Below, piece after piece: positions 26,626-39,779 of a stretch of 64,000 bases of DNA. The DNA comes from Octopus sinensis (taxonomy: Eukaryota): contig NC_042998.1 in assembly GCF_006345805.1 (NCBI RefSeq), positions 133,796,001 to 133,860,000 of the forward strand, read 5' to 3'. Position numbers and translations under genes: made by a program. The notes beneath the pieces are model-generated. The model was given only the letters and a program-made list of their open reading frames with translations, was not told the origin of the DNA and did not search any database. The stretch's first letter is position 1, and each line of letters starts with the position of its first letter.

Positions 26626-27395
26626 CAGCAGCATAAGAGTTAGTATAATGATGCTGCAGTTTCCCTCAGTAGTTTGCAACAACATCATCACACTTTCTAC
26701 CACCATCCTTATCGTCATCAACCTTCCCGTCATTCTAATCGTCGTCATCTTCATTGTCGTCGTTGACACCATCATCCTCAACGTTTACATCATTTTCATA
26801 ATTGTCGTTGTCGTCGTTGTCGCTATCATCACTACCAACGTTATTTAATATGTTGCATGTTTTTCATTTCGAAATCAAACTCATCTTTAAAGATGTGAAA
26901 AAAAAATGTTCACAATACCTATTAGTACGGGTTTTTTTTTTGCTTCATTTATTTTTATGTATGTTGGAGTACGTTTGAGAGTACTCTGTGTGTGTGTGTG
27001 TATTTGGGTGCGTGTGCGCGCGCGTGTGTGCATAGACAAGAGAGCATTTGTGTATGGACCTTTTGTGTCTACATTTGTATGCGTGCACGACTGAGAATGA
27101 ATATGTATATATTGCCTCTGCGTCCGTGTCAGTATGCAATATATGAGTAGAAGTGCATGCGCGTGTGTCTCTGTTCCTGTGTAAGTGCACGCGGGTAAGA
27201 CTGCATGCTTATTAGTCTGTATGTCAGTGTCTGTGCGCATGTATGAGACCGCATGTGTATATGTGTCTCTGTGTCTATATGAGCACAGGTGTGTTAATAC
27301 ATGTGTATATGGAGTTCTATGCACGTCTCTCTCTATGTGCACTTATGCTAGTGCATGACTATATGTCTCTCTATGTTCTACGTCTGTGTGAGTGC

Positions 27396-27755
27396 AACTG
27401 TAGTGCACGTTTATGTGCCTCTTTGTCAATATGTGCTTATGTATGAGTGTGCACGTATGTCTAAGTTTCTGTATCTCTTTATTTGTATGTCTGTCTTTCT
27501 ATGTATGTGTTTGTTTGTAGATAAGCGCTTATGCTACGTGTACGTGTGACTTGTTCTTTCTGCATCTTTGTGTGTACAACTGTAAGTGCGTGTTTATGTG
27601 TCTCTGTGTCAATATGTGCCTCCGTGACAATATGTGCTTATGTGTGAAAGTTCACGTATGTCTGGGTTTCTGTATTTCTCTATTCGTTCGTCCCTCTTTC
27701 TATGTATGTGTTTGTAGATAAGCGCTTATACTGCGTGTACGTGTGACTTGTTCTG
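27396..27755 (+). repeat. ~180 bp tandem duplication in TG-rich low-complexity DNA
   Basis: caactgta.gtgc...gataagcgcttat...acgtgtgacttgttct repeated at ~27396 and ~27578. Confidence 0.75.
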
Positions 27756-27860
27756 TTTTTTAGTATTCTCCAAGAGACGTTACGTTTTATTGTTCTTTGT
27801 TGTTGTTTCCATCAACATGATCATGATATAACAACAACAACAACAACAACAACAACAATA

Positions 27861-27902
<42 letters not shown>

Positions 27903-28604
27903 AAAGAAGAATTATCATCATCATAATCATCATCGTTATTGTCAGCGTCGTCGTCGTCATCATCATCATCACCACAACCACTATAAGCTACGCTGATTTC
28001 CTTTAAACTTATAACACCTGCATAACATTTCAGTTTTATTTTCATAGCGATTTTTTAAATTCTGAAATATACTTATTAATCACAATGTTGGATGATTACG
28101 AAGGTGATGCTGAGATGGTGGTGGCGATGATGAGGATGATGATGACGATGATAAATTCCACCCTGCTCTGTTGTTGATATTTCAACTCTATTTGTTGCTG
28201 TTCCTTATCCTTCTTTTACGAATTTCGGTGCTGCTTTTCTCTTTTTCTTTTTCTTTTGTTTTTGTTTTGTTTTTTATTTTGTTTTTCAGATTCTATATGG
28301 TAGAAAAAATATTTAAAATATATTTGATATATTAAATTTAAAGAAATAAGACCAAGATTTCTTATTTGCTGACGATGACGATGACGACGACGATGATGAT
28401 GATGATGACGAGAATGTTGTTTGCGTATTGGTAGCGGTAAATATGTTTGTTGTAGTTAAATAATATATTATACTTTATGACAAATCTCAAGAGAAATGAC
28501 CACAGTTAGTTTGCCCTTAGCATAGATCGACATGATCTCTGACACTTGGTGCTAAATAGTAGCAGCATAGTAAATTATTATTTTATTATTATTATTATTA
28601 TTAT

Positions 28605-28671
<67 letters not shown>

Positions 28672-28964
28672 TGTAGTAGTAGTAGTGATAAAGCTAACAA
28701 TTCCTTCTATATCTTTCTTTATCTGTCACTAGGGCGCATTCATACATAGAGAGTTACAAAACCATGGGGAGACAGACAAACAAGTTATATTAAAAACAAG
28801 GAGCAAAGGCGTTTTACTATACATTTATACAAACATAAAATCCTAAATATACATACGTGTATATATATATACTAAATTGAGTTTGTTTTTTCCTATTGCC
28901 TTAGAATCTTATATTCCCTACTATTAATAATTATAATACTAATAATTATACACACACACACACC

Positions 28965-28995
<31 letters not shown>

Positions 28996-29025
28996 ATATA
29001 TATATATTATATATATATATCTATA

Positions 29026-29057
<32 letters not shown>

Positions 29058-29099
29058 CATTGAAAGAATTCATTCACTTCAGTACAGTCTAGTCACTTC

Positions 29100-29470
29100 T
29101 GTACTACTCTGGCCATATATACACGTGATGAGGTAGACTACGAAATTCGTGGTAGATGTATTTGTGGCATGTGTATGCAACCGTAGCCTTTGCGTTTGCT
29201 TTCCTGTGGGCATGTATAAATATCTCATTTATTTCCCTACGTCTGTCCTGCTGATGAAGAAAAGTTTTTGGACTAATCCCGAAATTGATCAATCCAAGGC
29301 TAACTAATTTATGAATTTCTGCGAGCCTAATCCCTCGATTTCAACACGTTGTATAATATAAAAGTGATAATTTTTAAGTGGTTTGATGATTTGGCGTCTA
29401 TTTTCAGCATAGGCATAGTCTCTTCTATGCTTTTAAATATAATTGTATTTTTGTACTATTATAAATACAT
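29100..29470 (+). mobile_element. Hammerhead-bearing short repeat (family F), degenerate
   Basis: Shares gggc..gta.a.tat.tcattta, CTGAnGA..GAAATTGA(T)TCAAT, cctcgatttca and cagcata..ggcatag blocks with 53230-53620; stem II broken. Confidence 0.6.
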
Positions 29471-29471
29471 T

Positions 29472-31512
29472 AGCGCTTGCATCCACTCTAGTGGATTCGT
29501 CAGATTGAAATTTTTCAGGATTTTTGTCTCTTATTATAGTATTATTGAGTGTGTAGGGGTGGAGAGAGATATAGGATAGTAAAAGTGGGTGAGGAATGGG
29601 GAGAGAGTGTGTGTGTGTGTGTGCGTGTGTGTGTGTGTGCATGTGTGTGTGTATGTGTGTGTGTGTGTGTGTGTTTAATACAACTTATTTTACAAAGTTG
29701 GTCCTTCATCCAGTACAAATCATTACAGAAATATTTTCAGCCATTCAGTTTGGGGGATAGCTTTGTTATGAAGTATTTTTCCATATTTTTCCTGAAGACG
29801 GTGTTATTCCTTAGGCATTTATAGAAGGGAAAGAACTTAAATTTTCCTTCTCCACATGTATCTAAGTGATTACTCAGTGGAATCTTTCGCAGTTCCTCCT
29901 GTCGGACATGTTGTCCGTGAATTCTGGCTCGTTGGCATAAAGAATTTCCAGTTTCACCTATATAATTCTTCTTGCATGTGGGGCAGGTTATGCATTATAT
30001 TACGTTCTGCGTCTTGGAATTCATGTCTGCATTTACTTTGAAAGTGTGACCACTCTTAAATGTTATTTGTTTGTTTCCCGCTACATATTTGTAGATGGGG
30101 TTACTGCAGATTCCACATCTACCATCTCCGCACTCTTTTACAAAGAATTCGGATTTAGTCTCTGATGAGAATTTCGCTCTTGTTAGTTGATTCTTCAGGT
30201 TTTTGTCTTGGCGTTTTCTATTTTTTATGCAATATTTGTTTAATATGTTTCCCATTTTGGAGCTTTGTAGGACTATTGGTAAGTTTGAATGTATGATTTG
30301 AAACATGTTGGTAACTCCAGGGTTGTGTGTGTTTATGAAAGGGATGATGCTTTCTTTGTTTTTCGTTTTTGGAGTTCTGAGTTGTGTGATGTCTAGTTTC
30401 ATTGCTTTTGAGATTCTGTTTTTTATTAATTTGAGTGGGTTTTTGTTCTAGTAGGAAGTTTTTAAGTTCATTTAGTCTTATTTGGCGTGTTTGTGAGTCG
30501 GTTATTATGCTGCATATGCGTCTTGCCATATTATATGGAATGTTTCTTTTTATGTAGGATGGGTGGCAGGAGTAGAAATTTAGATATTGGTGTGTGTCGG
30601 TTTTTTGTAGTAGATGTCTGTTGTGACAATGGAGGTGTGCATCTTGATGTTGATGTCTAGGAAAGGAAGTTCGTTGTGGCTGGTATCTATCGGGAAGTTG
30701 ATTGATGGATGCAGTGTGTTGAGGATATTGTGGAATGTTCGTAGATCTTCTTCTGATCTGTTTCAAAAGATGAAATAGTCATCGAGGTAGCGTTTCCACA
30801 TTTTCTTGATGTCTTCTCTGAAGTCGTGTTCGAAGACTTTACCTATTTCCTCGTATAGTTTGTTCTCAAAGAAACCCATCACCAGGTTGGCATATGAATG
30901 TGCGAATTTCGTACCCATAGCCGTGCCATTTAACTGTCGGTATGTCTTGTTAAATGAGAATGTTTTCTTCAAGTATTAATTGGGTGGCTTTGGTGATAAA
31001 GTCTGTTTTGAAACGTTTACCTATGAGTTCCTTGTATTTTCTACCCATTGTTTTATCGCTTCCAGACCCAGAGTGTGTGGCATGTTCGTGTATAAGTTTG
31101 TGACATCGAAGCTTGCATGTGTGGTGTTTTCCGGAACCGTATTTGGAATGTGTGTGAGGAAGTCAATGTCATCCCTTACGTAGCTTGGTATCAGTGGGCA
31201 TAAAGGTTTGAGGAGTACATCTATGAAGTGACTTAGTTGTTGTGTTGGCGCCCGGGGCCCTGCCACTATTGGTCTCATTGTGAGGTCTGCAGGCCTTTGT
31301 ATTCTTATATAATGGTTCCTCTGTTCCTTTATGGCTATCTGTATTTCAGAGCTTTTATGAACTTTAGGTAATCCATAAAAGTTGCTTTCTTTGGTTCTTG
31401 AGTTGTATAAATAGTATTTCTCCTTGTCTGTAAAGGACTAATGTTCCATTTTTTTTCTTTTCTTTTCCATTGACACTTCTTTCAGATACAAAGGCACACA
31501 CACACACACACA

Positions 31513-31545
<33 letters not shown>

Positions 31546-31671
31546 ACACACACACACTTTTACTATCCTATATCTCTCTCCACCCTTACACACTCAATTA
31601 TACTATAAAAAGAGACAAAAATCCTGAAAAAATTTAATCTGACGAATCCACTAGAGTGGATGCAAGCGCTA
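29472..31671 (-). mobile_element. Penelope-like element, 5'-truncated, with inverted pLTR
   Basis: RT and GIY-YIG relics on the minus strand; 29472-29587 is the reverse complement of 31555-31670. Confidence 0.9.
29737..31430 (-). pseudogene. Penelope-like RT + GIY-YIG endonuclease, frameshifted
   Basis: FYGLPKVHKS, MRPIVAGP, SFDVTNLYTN, GTAMGTKFA, KRYLDD; then CGDGRCGIC and CPTCKKNYIGETG...ITKLSPKLNG-stop. Confidence 0.9.
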
Positions 31672-31793
31672 CAATATAATTCATAAAAACATGTGATGTA
31701 TTAATAAAAATCTGTAAATATAAAACCATCCAGATTTCTGAGTACCTAATTACTTTTAATATATATACATATACACACATACATGCACACACA

Positions 31794-31925
31794 CGAGATC
31801 TGATCAATAAATATCAGGACTGTTGCCATAGTAACAGAGCTAAAGGATGTAGAGTAAAGTCGCTGGGCAGAAACTGATCTTGAACTCTACTATGCATATG
31901 CTATAAGTTTTAACGTTCTACCTCG
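31794..31925 (+). mobile_element. Mariner-like terminal remnant
   Basis: cgagatctgatcaataaatatcaggactgttgcc resembles mariner TIRs; no partner TIR found. Confidence 0.5.
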
Positions 31926-34189
31926 CTTCCGCTGTTGTTTTTCTTCTTTCTGCATTTCAAAGACTACATCTAACTTGCCAATCTCTATGTTACCTTTTTC
32001 TTCAGGTGATTGCAAAGCAACAAATGCTTATACAACTGTAACATATTTTACCCACCGGTCGATTCGGCATTCGTTGTCGTTATTCATTCTAATGTTGTTA
32101 CTGCTCATGTTGGTGTACTTCTTATGATGTTTGTTGTTACTATAACTATGGCTTCTGTTTTTCGCTCTATTGTATCATCACATATGTATCTGTTAAGACT
32201 TATTTTTCGCAGCCACAAATGGTTGGGTGCTGCTTGATCATGCCTTAGCTGCTCACTCAGATACATTAACACCAACTATCAGATTATTGTTTTGCATCAC
32301 ATCCATCAAGCTCCGCTATACCACTTGGTGTATCATATGCGACGGGATGAATATGAATTCTTCACTTTTGATTGCGTCAATGAAACTGTTCTCTATCCCC
32401 CACTCTCACTCTCTCAAACTCACTCTCAATCTCACTCTCTCCCCCACCCTCTCTCTCTCCCTCTCTCCTGTCTCTCTCTCTCTTTCTCTATCTTTCTCGC
32501 CCTCTAAGAAACGAAGCTATCGTCTACCGTCTCATAACGCCTTCCTTAAATTTCATGTGTTTTGCTTCAATGCATCTTTGAATCACTTCTCTACCTAGTG
32601 ATATTTCAATGATTTCCGATGCGCTGGCCTTTAACGCCGATGCATCTCCACGTTATCGTATAATTCGTCAGTTATGATCACGCCCAACAGATTTTTCTAC
32701 CCCCAATTTTACGAATTCCCTTTCTGCTCCTAGTTATCTCCTTTGCAAACCAATCGGTTGTAGATCTTGCTTCAACAGCCGCCTCGCCGACACTGTTATT
32801 TCTGCTGGAGGTGATGCTGTCAACAGCCACAGTGGAAACACTGATCGTTATATTTGTGGTGGTGGTGGTGGTGGTGGTGGTGCGATACACAACCGATTCG
32901 TTGTTAAAACTGGAGAAATTACAAGTACTCTTAGAAAATCAAGTGAGGATAATCACACAACTAAAACATAATACTATGTTCATAATATTTCTTAGCTCAT
33001 GTTTACAATTGTTCTTGTAATTTTTTTTTATTTTTGGAGAAAACTTTTATCCTCTACCAAGTGCAGAAATATCTTTAGTTAATTGCAGAGAAGTATTCGT
33101 TGAGTTTGAAACTTTGAAAGAGAAATTCACAGAATTACATAAAAGCATTTGTAATGTCGTGCCTAAATACGAAGGAAAGTCATGTCAAAATGTAAGTAAG
33201 AATCAATGTGAAACATGGTGATTGCCCATTGCAATGTATATTTGACGCTACTTTGACTACTGATCAGGGAATTTGTGGCATCAGTAAGGATGTTATTTAC
33301 TTCCTGGTTACAGAAATAACCTAAACCTTTTTCTTGCTCATGGGATTTAGATTCACAATAAAGATATCTACTCGATGCACTAAGTATTGTTTTGAGAGCT
33401 CTCGAAGACTGGAAACTGGAAGAAAAAGTGTTAAAATCTTTTGAATTAGTAAATGGTTATTAAGGTAGTAATGATAGAACAAAATTGTGCAGAGAAATTA
33501 AAGATTGCATCATGTTAAGTAAAAAACCGATTTTTAAACCAATTGTTGCGACTAATTTGCTAACATTTATAATTTCATATTTGAAGATGCTTTCTCGAGT
33601 TTAAGCGGTATATTTTCTCTTTTTCTTTTCAAAGTGTTGCTGATTTTGTTGAATGCATTCTTTGTTGCCATTTGATTGAGGAAAGGACTTTGGCATCTTG
33701 AAATTAATTCTTATATACTTGAGGATATAAATCACTCAATAACGACTTAAGTCACTTGGCAATACTAAGTATTGAAAAAAAAATCATACTTAAGTCATGA
33801 AGTTTTATTAGATTAATTGATGTATATATTTGTAGTTGAAAAAGCACGAAAAGTTCATATAAAGTGTAATCACAAGCACTTGAATATTATCAATACAAGA
33901 TGTAGATAAGTATTTGTTAAGTTTTGTGAGCTAAAAGAAACTGTTACTTGAAAACATAAGTAACATTTTATCAATCTATTTCATAATCCACGTACACCAA
34001 AAGTGATTGGCTTCTCATTTAAAACTTGAGTTTCGAAACTAGCTAAATACAAAGTATTTATTTTGCATGCCTACTAGATTACTTTAGCTAGGTGACTTTG
34101 AAGACTAGTGGATTACATAAATATGAAAATGGCTATAAGTACATTTAGTAGTCTCTGCTTCCTTAGTTACAGTTGCGATGTGTTGTTAT

Positions 34190-34405
34190 GAGGCGGCGAG
34201 CCGGTTGGTTCGTTACCACGCCGGACACAATGCTTAGCGGCATTTCGTCCATCTTTACGTTCTGAGTTCAAATTCCACCAAGGTCGACTTTGCTTTTCGT
34301 CCTTTCGGGGTCGATAAAATAAGTGCCAGTTGATCACTGGGGCTGATGTAATCGACTTACCCCTTCCTCGAAATTGCCGGGCTTGTGCCAAAATGTGAAA
34401 CCGAT
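34190..34405 (+). mobile_element. SINE B
   Basis: gaggcggcgagccgg...ctgagttcaaattccaccaaggtcgactttgc...gtgccaaaatgtgaaacc. Confidence 0.9.
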
Positions 34406-34660
34406 ATTACGTGTTGTTATATAGTGACATCATTTTAGGATTGTGTAATGCAGTAAAGTCTTTATATTATTGTCATTGAATAATGAGTCACAAAGGTCAT
34501 ATTTCAGAGGTGAGGGCACCAAAAGTCACTTTGTCCTTGGTGCATGCAAATCCTGGATACACCGCCTAAAGCTATTCAAATAAAAATTATGCCTAAAATA
34601 TTTGTAACCGCAGAATATGAACTAAGAAAAAATATTAAATATTTTAAAAAAATAAATAAA

Positions 34661-34897
34661 TGCGCTTTTTTTTAAAGCCTAGCCAGGCTCATGAGCCCGG
34701 TTTCCCGGTTTCCATGGCGTATGTGTTCCCCAGCTGGATAGGACGCCGGTCTATCGCAACGTTACTCATTTTTGCCAGCTGAGAGGACGTAGCAATGTGA
34801 AATGAAGTGTTTTGCACATCGCGTCGCCCGGTCCAGGAATCGAAACCACAATCTTACGATCATGATGCTTATACCCTAACAACCAAGCCTCGTGCCT
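34661..34897 (-). mobile_element. SINE family C
   Basis: Reverse complement homologous to 24727-24965. Confidence 0.75.
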
Positions 34898-35407
34898 CCA
34901 CAAAAAAAGTATAAGGATGACTAAAAAGTAGTGTTAAGTATTTAGGGTGGAATTTTCAGTACCTACCATTTCGTAGGCTTAATAAAAATAATGATTTTTA
35001 AGGCGTATTTTGTTGGAATCGGAAACTTTGTCGCTGCAGAAATACAAAGTGAATAACCAGTGACAAACTAAATATAAATTGCCAAAACTGCCTTTAGAAA
35101 TTTAGACCACCTGATAATAGGAAGAACCACAACTCCTTCCATTATAGTTTAGCATATACACTGTAAGATTAAAAAATCTCTTTTGAACAGTCCAATATAG
35201 TTATATTTGCCTGTTCCTTTATTTTACAGGACAAACGATTCCTGCATTTCCTGGAGTGAACATTTCGTAAAAATTATCTCTTTCATAATAGAACCGCAGC
35301 TGTAAGAAAATTTTCAAGAGGCGTCTATTGAAAATTTTCTTATAACTATAGGTATGGGGGAAATGTTTATGTAGGTGTAGGAAAATTCTACCTACATAAG
35401 TCCTAAC

Positions 35408-35438
<31 letters not shown>

Positions 35439-35464
35439 ATAATATATATATATATATATTATAT

Positions 35465-35533
<69 letters not shown>

Positions 35534-35576
35534 TATATATATATAATATATATTATATATATATATATATATATAT

Positions 35577-35736
35577 GGCGCAGGAGTGGCTGTGTGGTAA
35601 GTAGTTTGTCTACCAACCACATGGTTCCGGGTTCAGTCCCACTGCGTGGCACCTTGGCAAGTGTCTTCTACAAAGGCCTCGGGCCGACCAAGCCTTGTGA
35701 GTGGATTTGGTAGGCGGAAACTGAAAGAAGCCCGTC

Positions 35737-35777
<41 letters not shown>

Positions 35778-35960
35778 TGTGTGTGTTTGTGTGTCTGTGT
35801 TTATCCCCTAGCTTTGTTTGACAACCAATGCTGGTGTGTTTATGTCCCCGTTACTTAGCGGTTCGGCAAAAGAGACCGATAGAATAAGTACTGGGCTTAC
35901 AAAAGAATAAGGCGGTGCTCCAGCATGGCCGCAGTCAAATGACTGAAACAAGTAAAAGAG
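35577..35960 (+). mobile_element. tRNA-derived SINE family D with internal (TA)/(TG) tract
   Basis: Head ggcgcaggagtggctgtgtggtaag...ggttcagtccc; 3' end ggcggtgctccagcatggccgcagtcaaatgactgaaacaagtaaaag; partial inverted copy at ~47590-47717. Confidence 0.8.
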
Positions 35961-36476
35961 TATATATATATATATATATGGGGGGTGTATGTGTATGTTT
36001 ACGTGTGAACACGCATACATGTACATACATATGTGTGTGTATACGTACGTATATGCTTATACATATATACTTATACATACATAGATAAATATAGATATAG
36101 CTTTAATTGTAGAAAATCATACTATAGTTTAGTAAAACAGGCTACAATTGCGCAATAGACAGTAGACAAACAGAAACAGACAGGACTGCTACGAAATTGG
36201 CAGATGATATTTAGAATGTATAACATAGTGAAGCAGACCAATGAAAACATAGAACATTTGATTGGCAAATGAAACAACCATAAACAACACCTTAGTAACA
36301 CACTATTAGAAACAATCGAATGAGAATATTAATCATGGACACTAGAATTACATTTACCAGCCCCTGGTTATATTATACCAGCCAAAATCCTTACAGAAGA
36401 CCATTCTCACCAGAAGATCGCAGTGGTCTTAAGTTGCACATTAGATAAACGATAAACTCAACTCTTAGTATTCGTG

Positions 36477-36565
<89 letters not shown>

Positions 36566-37526
36566 TCTTACTCTCTCACTTTCTCTCTCTCTCACTCTCT
36601 CATGTTGAAGATATATATAACTACATATATGCGCGCACATTAAAGATCATATATAGTATATAAGCTCAAACATGAGACTTCTTTGCCCAATCCACTTTAC
36701 TATAGTTAATTTGGGGCTGGTAGAAATTTCGAGAATTCTCTCCCTTGCTTCACTTGAAAATAATTTTCATTCACCCTAATCGTAAGGTGTTGTTTTCTCA
36801 TTCAGTATTTTCTTCGCGTAGAAAGTTCATTCAGGAAATTTTCCAATATCATTTGATATGTATGTGTACATAACATATGTGTGTGTGTATGCATATACAT
36901 ATATAATATGCATGTATAAACATATATATATATACATCTAGATAAGTATTCACACACACACATGTATATATATATGTATGTACGTATGTATATATATATA
37001 TATATATATATGTGTATGTATGTATGTGTGCATATGTATGCCTGTATGTATGTATAAGTCTCTTTTTATTTGTGTTTGAGTGTGTATGTGTGTGTGAGTG
37101 TGTCTGTGTATGTGTGTGTGTGTGTGTGTGTCTGTGTGTGTGTGCCTATATGCTTGTTTTCGTTAAAATAAACATTTCATGCCCGACTTTGCATATATCC
37201 ATCAACCCATCCTAGCCATCAGACCTCCTACCCAGCTCTGCTTGACTCATTCACCTCTTTAACTTACGATCTACGTGGAAATTTTGTTTAGTCAACCTAG
37301 TAAATAAAAGGAATTTCTTCTTCATAGTCAAAGTAAGCCACACCTTTCTTACACAGATATATTCCCAATTATCGGCAACATTATACTATTGTGAACATTC
37401 ATGATTTTATAGAAATAAATATCATCACACACTTACGCACATGACATAATAAAAAAATATTTCTAAAAGTACACTGCCACATATTGTGGCAGAACTTATA
37501 GTCGATTTTATGAACTGTACTGCTTG

Positions 37527-37668
37527 ACTGGTACTTAATTTATCGACCCCGAGAGGATGAAAGGCAAAGTTGACCTCAGCGAAATTTGAACTCAGAACGT
37601 AAGAACAGACGAAATGCCGACAGGCGTTGTCCCTGCGTGCTGACGATTCTGTCAGGTCGCTGCCTTTA

Positions 37669-37719
<51 letters not shown>

Positions 37720-37830
37720 CCTTTCTACTAAAAGCACAAGACCTGAAATTTTGTGGGGAGGGGACAACTCGATTAAGTGGTACTTAATTTATCGACTCCG
37801 AAAGGATGAAAGGCAAAGTCAATCTTGGCG
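37527..37830 (-). mobile_element. Two SINE B copies separated by (AAT)n; the second is cut by a (GAA)n tract
   Basis: Family core at ~37535-37600 and ~37780-37830. Confidence 0.85.
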
Positions 37831-38012
37831 GAAGAAGAAGAAGAAGAAGAAGAAGAAGAAGAAGAAGAAGAAGAAGAAGAAGAAGAAGAAGAAGAAGAAG
37901 AAGAAGAAGAAGAGAAGAAGAAGAAGAAGAAGAAGAAGAAGAAGAAGGAAGAAGAAGAAGAAGAAGAAGAAGAAGAAGAAGAAGAAGAAGAAGAAGAAGA
38001 AGAAGAAGAAGA
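37831..38012. repeat. (GAA)n microsatellite
   Basis: Read directly; explains the poly-K/R/E ORFs. Confidence 0.95.
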
Positions 38013-38620
38013 ATCATTTCTTTATTAGCCACATGGGCCAATAAAAGGTCCAAAAGGCTTAAGTACAAAAAGACAGAAAAGAAAGAGAAAGGAGTTTAAA
38101 GTGTGTACACAGATTTCAACAGAACAATGACGTAACAATATTTTAATAATGAAGAGTCTATTATTGTATAGTATACCCATAGAATGGTACCGATAATCTC
38201 TATGTGCTTGATGCCCGACATTTAATGTGGTGATGTCGTCCTCGTATGCCGACACAAACCGTACACATGTTAGTTCCCGCGGGACGTCCTAGTCTGTGGT
38301 CGTGCAGAATATTTGTTTTATTTTCTATATGATATACTACGGCTGTCACAAGCAAGGAAATATTTGTTTCTCGTGATACCTCAGCCATCTATATTTTTAA
38401 CTACTCTCAGACCGAAGTATATTGGAATCAGGTGCAGTTCATCACTCTTTAGTGTTGTTGAATTTTCCTTGGCGCATAGATTTTTATGCTCCAGATTGGT
38501 TTGCGGCATTTCTCGATTTGGGCCTGCGTCGCTCTCTCAGGCTACCGTGTTTTTGAGTCCAGTACATTTGTACATTATTGGTTTCCTCTGGGTTCCGTCT
38601 TAAATTTGCTTCAGTGTGGT
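38013..38620 (-). mobile_element. Decayed L1/Tx1-like LINE fragment with (TTC)n tail
   Basis: Minus-strand SAYEDDIT (cf. SAYADD RT motif); gctAATAAAgaaatga immediately before (TTC)n. Confidence 0.5.
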
Positions 38621-38705
38621 TAACTCTATTATTTTACCATACATCCCAGGAGATGAGTTTTGGTATTTTTTATTATCATTATCATCATCATTATTATTAT
38701 TATTA

Positions 38706-39260
38706 TTGAGTGAGCGAGCAGAGCATGCCATCTAAGTGACACTGGGGTAAAATATACGAAGCCCAGTATACCCATCATGACTACCCGTCTGATAAGGGTA
38801 CACCAGGCACATGCATCACAACCATATGTGCGCGACATGGTGATCTCATATCAAGATAAACAGCACATGACCTTGCAGGTGGAGCCCAGTTAGAATTTTC
38901 TTCAGATCGAGTAACCCATCCTGCTCAAAAGGTCCCTGAATAAGGGTTGTTTAAGGACGTTGAACGAAACACCCATGTTTCCAGAGGTGAATTATTCAAA
39001 CCCCAAAGAATCCTTCTCAACACATGGCTATGATGCTCCCCCACTACTTCTGCTCGTGATCAGAGATGCACATATCGTCAGCCACTAAGGGACATGCTCA
39101 ACTGGTTAAGGTCAAACAACTGACAAGCAATCTGTGGTATTGAGCAGAATATTTGCTGTAGCCCATCTTTTATACCAAGACAAAACAATGTACATGATAA
39201 CACTTCCAATCAGTTAAGATCAGAAGCCATGAGAGCCACTGCCTGGTACTGCATCAGGGC

Positions 39261-39263
<3 letters not shown>
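38706..39263 (-). mobile_element. Family A retroposon, full length
   Basis: Both termini present, (TTA)n on both sides; used as reference copy. Confidence 0.92.
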
Positions 39264-39316
<53 letters not shown>

Positions 39317-39324
39317 GTCTTATT

Positions 39325-39712
39325 ATTATTAGTCTTATTTTTATTACGTGCTTTTCTGCACTACCGAGCGCAGCTCTGTGTGCCTTGGGTATGTACTGTG
39401 GTTTGTTGTGATGCTCTTATTTTTACTGTATTGAAAGTGTTTTACGTAGGATGTGTGCGGTGCCTAATAGTGCTATTTTTTGTATGCTACATGTACTTGT
39501 TAGTCCTGGGGTTTTGTTATGTATTTGTCTGAATATTTTTTTATTATACCTAATGTAATATGAATTGTTTTGCTTTTAGACTCCAATTTCGAGTTACCTC
39601 TATTTCGAGATCTTTGTATTTTGAAAGTTTCTCCGTTTCTTTTAGAGAAATATTTTCATCTGTTGGTATTGATATATCGATTAGAAAGCATTTTTCTTGG
39701 TGATTTCAAACA
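39325..39712 (-). mobile_element. 5'-truncated second copy of the R4/Dong element (endonuclease end + 3' UTR)
   Basis: Reverse complement aligns to ~15920-16304, including cacagagctgcgctcggtag; LIDISIPTDENISLKETEKLSKYKDLE in frame. Confidence 0.9.
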
Positions 39713-39779
39713 TTAAACGACTAAAACAAAAACAAAATTTAGGAGCCGTAGCACATTAGAACTAATAAAATTCACTTCT

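Noticed and set aside
26311-26848. Poly-S / poly-L ORFs of 150+ aa
   Set aside because: (AGT)n/(AGC)n microsatellite
38706-39263. HDV-like ribozyme at the family A 5' end
   Set aside because: GCCCTGA could pair with TCAGGG(A), but I could not fit P1.1, P3 or the J4/2 cytosine by eye; left for a computational search
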